This document shows, one piece after another, positions 53,551 through 64,000 of a stretch of 64,000 nucleotides of DNA. The stretch is from Schmidtea polychroa (taxonomy: Eukaryota). The notes below the pieces were generated by a model. That model searched no databases. It was not told the origin of the DNA and was given only the letters and a program-made list of their open reading frames with translations. The translations under genes and the position numbers were made by a program. The stretch spans positions 42,966,001 to 43,030,000 of the forward strand of contig CM097887.1 of the NCBI GenBank assembly GCA_044892525.1. Reading direction: 5' to 3'. The number at the start of each line of letters is the position of its first letter. Position 1 is the stretch's first letter.

Positions 53551-55526
53551 AAAAAAATAAAAACTATTCATTGTCTTGGATTTATTTTTAGGTAAAATAA
53601 ATTAAATTATATCTTAGAGAAAAATTTATTTTTTTTGTTTTATTTAATAAAAATGATTTATAATATGGATATGCCAGACCGGTAATTAGCCGATTTCCTG
53701 ACTCTCATTAATCGGCACAATGAAACTCGGAGCTCCTGAGCGAGGAATTATAAGCCACCTTTAACAGGTGTTTTCAGATGTTTCATTTGCAATAATTTAA
53801 AAAACAAAAATCGTATTTACAAAACTAAAAAATTTATTCATTTTAAAAGAAAAATTTAATTCAATAAAAAAATATGAAAATAATGTTTAAAAAATTGAAA
53901 ATCTTGATTTTTTAGGTTATTTTTAATACATATTAATTTATAAAAAAATTATTTATTTATTATATTTATTATATAATTCATAATTATTTATAAGTGGTTA
54001 TAACGAATATCGTGGGACCCTAAGCATTAGGTCGTTATAAGCCTGAAAAAAACAGAATAGCAGGAATAAAATAGGGAAATGAACGGTGCACAAGGCTCAT
54101 TCATTTAACATTTTAAAATGATTATGTCATACATTATTAACCAATATCACTACAGCTTCCTTACATTCACTAAAACTAAAAATCTTTTTCCGAATTTTCA
54201 AATCACCGTTACACTTATTTAGATAGCTATTAAACTTCTGTGAGGTTATTCAGACTTTTTTATTTGCTTTGTATTGTTATAGTGTTATATATGGTAGATG
54301 GTAAGTGACCCGCTAACTCACATAACCACTATTTCTTTTATATTTTTGAAGAGTTATTGGGAATCTACTTTTAAAGTTAATTTGACCTACATAATTTATA
54401 TGTGCAATAGATGAGGAAATTATGTACAAATTATAACATATGAATAGAGAAAGACAATAATATTTATAAAGATATGATATGGGAAAATTGTAATATGTGC
54501 CTAATCTATGAGCAAATTACTGATGATTATAACAATTTATGTACAATAAATATTCGTGAATAACAAAGACCAATGCCGTCTTTTATTACCCTAACCCTTT
54601 CATAAATAGGTATCATAATAGTATGGTGAGCCACGTCCACTGCCAAGCCTATTTGTAATGATTCAATCCCCTTCAAAAAGCTCCTATAATGACCAGTCAA
54701 TGTCCTATTTTAATTGACATCGTTGTGGGACAAGTCAAACCTCATTTCTGATTACCGCGTGTCTTGTCAATCCCCTTTATCAGCTGGCTATAGCTTTAAG
54801 AAGGGGGGCAACATCGTCATCACATTTCACTACTGCTATAAAATAACACAAGTTTATATTTATTGATTTAGAGATATTTCTGAAAAAAGGAAAGATTTTT
54901 AAAAGTTCTTTTCGTATTGAAAATTTTACAAATCCAATACTAATAATAAGATAGATAAATTATTTAATAAATTATAAAAATGAAATTTCTGAATAATTTC
55001 TTGATATAAATAATTTGAAATACAAAATCTATCGCTGTCTCATTTAACCCTTAAATGCATGATTTTTCCAAATTCAAAAATGAATTTTATTTAAAATGTT
55101 AATATTACACGTACAGAAACTTCTATTAAAATAATTTGAAAACACAATGACTCGGCGTTTATATACAACATTAAGCATTAGAGTTCCCTTATTACATGTA
55201 TAGTGAGTTATAAGCACTTAAACAAATGGTTTCAGATATGTAACAGAATGTATTTTAGGGTAAAAATTTATTTCCACGCGAGTTTTAATTAAATTGAATT
55301 TAATGTTTAATAATATGCTGTCAACTTCACATCCACATACTTTAAAAGTATTAAATCATTAAATATTTCTAATAGTTTTCCCAATCGGTTTCTAAATTCA
55401 TAACTCCTGTAGTGCCTTTTATTGGTAATTCTAAGCAATTCTGAATATCTATCTTCATTCGTAGATCTATTAACCAAAATGTTATCTCCTACTCTGTATT
55501 TAAATTTTTTTAAAGTTTTTATTTAA

Positions 55527-55757
55527 CACTAGATTTACGGGTAAAATAGCCGTAAAAATAGGTATACCTAATTCGATAAACGAAATGAGGGAGCGGGTAG
55601 AACGAGTAATTAATATTTACCTATATTTCATGACATATCTAAAAACCAGCATATGTATTCAAAAAATAATAAATCAGTATTATATATATGTAGCAATAGA
55701 ATTTAATAGATATGAAATTTGAAACCCGTCAAATTGACGGGTTTCGTAAATCTAGTG
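55527..55757. mobile_element. piggyBac-type MITE (231 bp)
   Basis: TTAA on both sides; TIRs cactagatttacg / cgtaaatctagtg. Confidence 0.85.
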
Positions 55758-57259
55758 TTAACAGTCATATCTCTATGTATTTCTCTAGCAATGTTAAACC
55801 TAAATAGTACTTTGGTTGACTTATTATTATAAAATATTTTTAAATTTATCATTTATCGACAAATTTAGATAGACGTTTTTCTATCGAATAATACATAATT
55901 TGTCTAATTTCACCAAATATATTTGTTTAAATAAAGTCTTTAATAATAATTTAGTATATTATAATCCGGAATCACAATACTGGCAAATAAAATAGCATAC
56001 TAAATTGTAATATCTAAAGAATTTTACTCTTTAGTATAGTGTACGGACAAAATTACATGTTTATTTTTGTTTAACTTCGTCATATACATAAAAATTAAGT
56101 TTTCCTTCGCAAAATTAATTGAAAAAAATTTATTAATATAAAAACGATTAAATTAAATTAAATTATGTATTTTACTTTTTGAAAAATTTTAAAAAATAAT
56201 GCAAATGAAAAAAAAGTACCTGGGTAATTTTGAAATTCATAAGTAGATAGGTCGTTTCTGTCCAAAGAAAAACTTCGATTCAACCGAAGAGAAGTGGGAG
56301 GCTGTTCTGACATTTTTCGTTGAAAACAATTATTAAAAATTAAAAATAATATCCAAATCGGTGAAATATAAACTGAGAGAAAATTATGATTAAATTTTCG
56401 TTCGATCGATAAATATTTGTCGTAAATATTAGAAATTATTTATGAATAGCCATCACACAGGTCAAAGTTCAATTCAGTTTCAAAAGGACCAAAATGAGTC
56501 AATAAATTGAAATTGTCACTGTGAAATTATTATTAATAAATCGATAATGTTTGCAGTTATTTTTTAAAAATATTTTATGGAAAATTTCAGAGATCTTTGA
56601 AACAATATTTTATTAGAAATGTAATATAATACTAAAAAGTGGGCTATATGCCTGATTGCACGGAATAATAACATCTATAATATAAAATATCAATACTTAT
56701 TCTTATATCATGAAAACACAAACTTACATGTGTTTTGAATTTTAAGGGCTCACGAATACACCCAAAATTTAATAACCTCTATAATTCACGTTGGTGTGCA
56801 TACCAGTTGAGGTGAGTCAACATTTACGTGAAAATGAAGTTACTCAATTTCATTTATTCAATTTCTTAAAAATGGTTTTCAGGTAATTTTTTTAAAATTG
56901 TTTTCCTACAAAAGTTTTTAATAATTTCAAAATAATTATATTTTAACAATATGTTAATGGTTATTTATTTCGGAAAAAAATAGCTATAATAAATTTGAAT
57001 GGATTTTTCATTATGTGTTTTGTGTTGGTATGTTCAATTATTTTTCTCTCACCTTCACAAATCCTATAATAAAGTTATTAAATTTCGGAACAATAAATTT
57101 CTACACACAAGTAAGTTTGTGTGTTCCTATACTATAAATTTATTGATTTTTTTAGACTATAGAAGTTACTAAATTTCGGAATTGAGGTTTTTTTCATCTT
57201 GGATTTCCCTTTATTCCTCAATTTCCTTAACTTTAATTAGATAATTTTGTTGACAAAAC

Positions 57260-58818
57260 AGGTTTACCACACTACGGAGCCTGTGTCGATTAGGAAATCG
57301 GTATTGTTTGAATGCACCATGAATGCATTGTTTTTGTAACCAAAAGTTGGTGCTATCAGTGGTGAAAATTTTAGTTTTCCTAGTCTGTTTTGTGGTATAC
57401 GCAGGGTTTTACGCATTTGTATGCTTTGTCTCTAAATTTGTTATGGAAATAGCAATGTTTTTTGTTTAAAAAATTGTTTCTTGATTCTCCTTCTGGGCTG
57501 TTATTCAGTAATTGTTGTATCGGTATGGGGAATTTGTCCGGTTTCGGTAGTGATTGTTTGGGATTGACTGTGACTGTAGTTTTGTCTGTTGTTTCTCCCT
57601 AATAGTTGGTCGAAGTTTTGTCTGTTGTTTGGCTTGTGTTGTTTTTGTTTCTACTGTAAACTACTGTAGTTTGGTTTGAATTGAAATTTTGTCTGTTACA
57701 TTTCTCTGTTACATTACATTTATTTCGACCAATTCAGCTTTTATTTGTCTGTTTTTAAAAATTATTTTGTCGAATTTGCAAGTTAATGTGTTTATTAGTT
57801 GGTTTGACATTTCGTTTGATTCAGTGTTTTTGTTGTGTGTCTGATTGTTTTGACTTGTTTTGTTTCTGTTGTAGTTTTGAGTACAACAAATTGTAGGGTA
57901 GATTTCCTCATAGATTTTGTCTGCTATGTTAGCAAGTGTTTCGACATCCGCGTCACTACTAACGGCTAGAATGCGTCTGATTTTCGGTGGCATCGTACAT
58001 ATGAAGAATTCCTTAACCAATTCGTTTGAACCGGAGTTTGTTATGTTTGGTTCTAAAAACTCCAGTTTCTGTTTTAATTATCGTAGGAAATTTGTGGGCT
58101 TGTTGTCACCTAACTGTGTATTGTTGAGGCATGATTCGAGCATTTGCCTTCTGTTGACTTTGTTTTTGCTAGTGAGGATGTTGCACAGTTTTGCGAAAGG
58201 GTCCTTGTCTTTTGAGATCTCCTCTATTTGATCGGCGATTTCGTTTAATTTGTTGCTAAGGAGTGTTGCTATTATGTTGGAACATAGAGATTTGGTTGAT
58301 TTGACTCCGGATAGCGTTAAGGTTAGCTTCGCAAATTCTAACCATTTTTGCGGCGTTCCGTTATCGTCTGTAAAATATTTGGGGATATTTGTTTTGGGGT
58401 TGATTATTGAATTAATGGTGTGTGTGTTTTCTGTGCTAGTATTTGGGTTGTAATGGTAGTTAGTCTTTTTCGATGTGTGAGCATTTTCGTAGTTGTTAGG
58501 TATCTGGGTAAAGTTTGTTGGGTTTTGTTGATTGGATGCCGTTTATTTGTTTTGCTTTTGTTTTATGTTGTTTTATGTTGTTGAAAAAAATGGAGTTTGT
58601 TCAAAGGGTATGGCTTACTGTGTTCAGCCAAAAGAGTCATTATCCTTTATACTTCTATAATAAGTATTCTGAAAGGTGTAGAAAAATAGTTGAATGCGAG
58701 TGTGGTGTTTTGTATGTTCTTATCTTCTGACATCAGTTATAATGTATTTTTAAATATTGTTGGTTAAACCAATTAGTTAGTATGTGAAGAAAATTTGTAG
58801 AACCCGGTAGAGTCACCA
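57260..58818 (-). mobile_element. CsRn1-type Gypsy 5' fragment: PBS, disrupted gag, start of protease
   Basis: PBS TGGTGACTCTACCGGGTT at ~58801-58818 (tRNA-Trp-like start); gag LGDNKPTNFLR*...IRRILAVSSDADVETLANIADKI; CHCC motif CYFHNKFRDKAYKCVKPC; FLIDTGS truncated at ~57260. Confidence 0.85.
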
Positions 58819-59774
58819 GTAAAAAGTGTCGGGACAACAGGGGTGCTTGTATGTATAATGATAGAAAAGATATTAAATAACAATTAATAAAAATTACAAA
58901 TTTAATAACTAAAATCTAATACTTTGTACTATTGACAGATGGTGGTGATTCAGACCGTTATTTACAGTAGAGGTGATGCTAATATTTGGAAGAACAATTG
59001 CCTTGGAGGAACTGTTATAGTTATATAATTTCTCTCTCCTTTATAATAATCCATAGATTATCTTTTAATATATAATTCGTTATGACTTCCAATTATTTGT
59101 TCTGTTCGGCTACTTTATACCTTTTATTTTGTAAATTCTTCCTATTGATTTTTTTTGAATTTGTGATTTCTCTATAGTGAATTATTACTACAGAGAATTA
59201 CTCTATATAGTTCATTTTATTGGTTTACGAAGGATATGTCCCGAATAAAAATAATGATTACAATTTGTAATTACAATTTAAAAAATTACATTTAATAAAT
59301 TAACACTACATTAAACTTTCTATTTGTTTACTCTTTCAGCTAACTTAGATTGAGTTTTCCTTAATTGCTTGCATTTCGACTCTTTCTGAAAATATTCTGA
59401 TGAATTCATTCTCGCCACAATCTTCCCATCATCTTATCCTCATCTAACCTGTTTTTCAAATTTTAATCCGATAATTCATTGATCATGATTTTGATCTTAT
59501 GATTTTGAATTTTCCACATTCATTTTTAATTATATGATAATTTTAAATTTAACAACCCCAACATTATGACACTTTAAATCATTTTCGACTTGTGGTACCT
59601 TCTGCTGGTACCTATATCCCTTTTATCTGTAACCCACCAGTTTGAAACATTTTGATAGGGTATCTGAATGCCTTAATGGGCAGAGTGAAAAAATGTGGCG
59701 AACACATTTGCATTAGTGTCTACTGCCATTTGATTTTGCAATTTGACTTTTGCGCGATTGTTAAATTTTAATTA

Positions 59775-60110
59775 CTAGCCTACTGATAAATAGATCATAT
59801 CTTTGTAAAAAGTGTATCTGATGTTTTTGAGATTTTGCTTTACGATACATTTCATTGAGAATCTTTGAGCCATGACAAATCGCTCAGGAGAATATACAAT
59901 ATTTACTGAGAATACAATATTTTCTGATGCTTCTTGAAATGTTAAGGTTTCCAATTCCACATTTAAACTAGTTTCAGTAGGTCCTTTAACAATACATTTG
60001 TATCAAACCAAATCCTGTCTTCTCAATTCATCGAAAGTAATGCGTTCATCATTGCTAATAAATTGACTGTTCTTGTACCAAGCGTATCTGGTGTTTGCTA
60101 ATTTAGGAAT
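59775..60110 (-). pseudogene. Immunoglobulin-domain remnant
   Basis: RYAWYKNSQFIS...ITFDELRRQDLV*YKCIV, then a second domain start MKCIVK...YTFYKD. Confidence 0.5.
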
Positions 60111-60389
60111 CACATTTCATTTCATTGAATATGACTCTCATATTTTTGGGTTGTTTGAATATTCACAATTGCGATGGTACAGTCTCCATCATCCGAGTGT
60201 GATTGTTGATTTTTTCTTGACATCCATTGACTTGATATTCTGTGATCTGACGACGATTCAGAGTATAAGCAACAACTTTACAAAATAGATATTTTGTAAT
60301 GTACATTCGATATAGAAGTGAAGCATTTCGTTGATCCACAAATTATTCTAATACCAGAGTTGTGAAGGAGACGCACTGCTTGAACAATT

Positions 60390-62260
60390 CTAGTAAAACA
60401 AAAGGTAACTGAAGGATGATTTGAAAGTACGATGAACGCGTTGAATGAGACCGTTTGTCTGCGGATGATATGAGCTGGTTCTTAAATGTTTGATACTGAT
60501 GTTGGTTGTAAGATGTTCAAAAAAATCGGATTCGAATTGTGCTCCTTGGTCTGCAATGGTAGCGGTTGAGACTCCATAAAGTGAGAACCAGGTGAACACT
60601 AAAGCATGTGCGGACGGTGATGTCATGGCCAGGAAGGGCCTCAAACCAGCGTGCTTTCGGATCAATCATTATCAGAATGTAAGAGAATCCGTCGTCTGAT
60701 GGGAGTTTGCCGACTAGGTCAATGTGAAATGTGTCGAATCTCAAATACGTTGGGAAAAGGGTGATTGGTGGTTTAGTGTGTCGGTTCACTTTGTGTTGTT
60801 GGCAGCCTTCAGATTCAGGCACCCACTGTTTTACATTTTTGAATAATGAGAACCATGCTATCTTTTGGCGTAGGAGGTAATGTAGGTTGTGAATAGCGAA
60901 AAATGCTTCTTTTCGAAGCGTAGAGTCTAGGATTGGTATGAGAGTGTTTTATATATTGTATCGTAATATATAATATTTGTTGCCTGTAACAAGTCTTTGG
61001 AGTGGACGAGATCTTCTGAGGTCCGTGTGGTTGAACTAAGAACATCTTGAGTAAGAACCGAGGTCAATGAGATAAATGTCGAAATGTTTCTAGAGAGATA
61101 TTTAGCGATCACATTATCTTTTCCCGAGACATTGACAAACTTACTGTTGAAAGATAATAAGTATGTTATCTAACTGTGTACCCTGTTTGATGAATCCTTC
61201 ATTATAAGTTAGTGGATAAGAGGTTTATGCTCATTGAAGATGGTGAATTATGTGACCGAAGTGCTTAACAGCTCGAAAAATGGCAAGTAATTCTCTGTCC
61301 AATGCGCTGTACTTTGACTTTATCCATGAAATTTTCTAGAGAAAAATTCTGTTGGAAGTGAAATATTGTTTTTAATTTGATGAAGAGCTGCGTCGGAACG
61401 ATATTTGATGGGTCTGTTATGAGGGTGAATGGGAGGTCATGATACGGGTAGTAAAAAGTTGTAATCTTGGCTAGATCGTCTTGGACTGTGTTGAATGCGT
61501 CACTTTCGTATCAGTATGCGTGGTGAATAGTCACCTGATTGAGTGGAAGGTAGTCGCCACATGGTTTGAGTGAACCGTGGTTCTTTGTGATCACGTGTAT
61601 TGGTGACGTCCATAGTGACGAAGAACGGCGCATAATAACTGCCTTTGATCGGCTGATAAATTAGACTTTGACTGCGTCGAGTTTGATGGGTGGAAGAGGT
61701 CCTACTCGGTTGTGTTATAGTATGTACGGTAATGTGTGAATATAATGAGTCGACAGGGTTCTATGTGGTATTGTAGCGCATTTTGTGATGAGGTTTGGGT
61801 ATGTGGTTGAAATTAGCTCGATCATGTCGTACATTGTCTGGGTTAGTTGAGTGCTCGAAATCCGTCATGTGTTTATTGCGTTCCGTCGTGGTAGTAGATT
61901 AGATAGAGCTGAGTTGGATCATTTGTAATGTCTTCGTAGAGATTGGTATTACCCTTGTAGGTTTAGGCTTGAGATGCCGGGTTACATTGAACAATCGTCG
62001 GTTTTTACCGTCTAGCACGAGGGATTGTTCGCAGTATTGGATGAATCGTGTCTGCTGTGTGGAAGGTTTTAGTGAAAGTTGAGTTAAGTGTCGGTATCGA
62101 GAATGAAAATTTTTTCGTTTCCAAAAGTTGAATCGAAGTGCTGTTAGTTGCCAGGACGGTGAAGGGAGATTTGATGTCTAGGGTTATAGCTGTTGGGAGA
62201 ATCGAAAAGGATGAACCGCGGTCGATGAGGAAGTGAATTGATGATCTGAAATCGAAAGTT
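60390..62260 (-). pseudogene. Degenerate Gypsy (CsRn1-type) pol: PR, partly deleted RT, RNase H, integrase
   Basis: FLIDRGSSFSILP; WTSPIHV...KPCGDY..LN; KYSALDRELLAIFRAVKHF; HIDLVGKLPSDDGFSYILIMID; IADQGAQFES...SSYHPQTNGLIQRVHR. Confidence 0.88.
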
Positions 62261-64000
62261 GTTTCAACATTAAAGATGTTGTAGATCGCAAAGGCTCCTC
62301 TTAAAATCCAAAGTTGACGGACAGCGACATTAGTTTTTCTAGAGTTATTATCAGAATTAATTTTTTTTGTCCATAATTTTCTTTGTTATTATTAAAATTT
62401 ATCTCAACACACCAGACTCACAGGCGGTTGGCAACTAAATGATGCTTATTATACGATATAATCAATTCTTATATAGAAACCTACACATCTACTAACATTT
62501 AGTACAATAACTAGAGGAAAATCCAGATGGATCAAGTAAACTGATTATAAGAAACAGAAAAATACACTTTTGTGCAAAAATCAACATATGAACTCGCATA
62601 TTTTACATCCAACTACGTTATGACGGGAAATTATCCACCCGGGGATTTATTAAATAATTCCTATTTATCTTGATTCTTCTGCCATTTCATGTTAGTTTTT
62701 GGTCACTTAATTCTTAAATTTAGATACTTGGATGGCCATGATTTATTTCGCCGTTTTTATAGAATATTCTAGTTTTCTATTCGTTTCTATTATAATTTTT
62801 ATCGCTACTTCCTCTTATCACCATTTATTCAAATTTGCTTACTTCTGTTATGTGTCTATGATGCGTTAGAATAGCGTGGAATACTTCTTACTTTTGTTTC
62901 CTTTTATTTTACTAGTTTTTTGTATTAATGCATTTTTGTTTGATAAATTATTTTCAGTTGTGTTAACCTGGTGTTTCTACAGATTTCAGTCACGCTTAAC
63001 CTATGTGAGCTACAAATCAGTTTTTGCCCAACACCAATAAATAAAATGAACAGGAAAATAACAATGGTATTATCATTTTCATCATTATTATGATCATCAA
63101 TATTTTTTTTGGTTTCAGTAGTATCATTATTAAAAGATATCCCAATGGATAGGGTAATCTAAATTATTTATTATAGCCATCATCAGTGTTGTTACTGTCG
63201 TTATATTGTTATTGTTATTCTACCATTTGCCGGTCTTTTAAAAATAAGTTTTGTTATGAAGAGTCAGCATTCCTTTCAACAACCCGAGTCACCAATCAGC
63301 AGCCGGCCCACAAAACAATCGATCACAAAAGAAAACCAAATGTTGTATTTTCGCATGTCCATAAAGAAAAACAGTTTCCAAGGATTTCAATGTTGTCACC
63401 CCCGTTTGAGGTGATTGTTAACTTTATATTTTACAAAATTTGTAATTGTAATTATTAAATAAATTTATTTAACCAGTGTTTGTGTTATTATTTATATAGG
63501 AACCATCAAGTTGAGATTTGAGAACCTCAACACTTCGATGGGTAGGAGGGCCCGAACGCAGGAGTTTTCTCCGGTGACCCAGGTAATCTCTTATTATATT
63601 TCTACCATCAATCGTTAGTATATGATTGAAAAGAGTAAAATAAAACTGAGAGAATCTTACTGGGCTCCATAAGACAAAATAATTCGTTAGACTTAATTAT
63701 GAGATTGATAATTGTAGAACTCATCAAAACTCTGCTTCAGTGTGGGAGAACGGTTCTCCCTTTACTAATCCAAGAGACTGTTGCCATAAAAAGTCCATTG
63801 AAATTGGTTAATCAAGTCATCAATATCATTCCACTTTAATGTTGAGGATTGTTAACTGCCACTGATTTTCCCGTTTAGAAATATCCAGCATAGTTACAAA
63901 TTTTCAAACACAACCATATATTCCCACTATATTTTCCGATAATAAAGTGAGAGAAATCTTAAATTATTGGAAGATTAATAATTTCTTTTCAAGTTCAGCA

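Noticed and set aside
1-64000. rRNA or tRNA genes
   Set aside because: No cloverleaf or rRNA signature seen; the tRNA-like strings at 20460 and 58801 are primer-binding sites.

Overview
AT-rich eukaryotic (animal, possibly flatworm) draft scaffold with GT-AG introns, two N-gaps and many transposons. Bases 1 to ~22,250 (minus strand, running off the left edge) hold a giant, nearly intact Ty3/Gypsy LTR retroelement of more than 22 kb. It resembles a complex endogenous retrovirus. One uninterrupted 4498-aa ORF encodes, in order: Gag with 3 CCHC knuckles, three ubiquitin-like domains, a Bcl-2-like domain, a chuvirus/gB-type (class III) envelope glycoprotein placed between Gag and protease, protease, a dUTPase-like domain, RT, RNase H, integrase, duplicated ankyrin modules, and a second signal peptide with an FN3-like domain. 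Accessory ORFs flank it: a full TRAF homologue, coiled-coil proteins, an IAP-type RING, and a putative transactivator inside the presumed LTR. The element also has a tRNA-Pro-like PBS and a 74-bp tandem array. The rest of the window is host DNA: hAT, Tigger, mariner and piggyBac-type elements, CsRn1-type Gypsy remnants, a degenerate minimal hammerhead ribozyme, an orphan 663-aa ORF, and fragments of a dynamin-like/kinase gene and an Ig-domain gene. All domain calls come from reading motifs by eye; no database searches were run. Internal domain coordinates are approximate.
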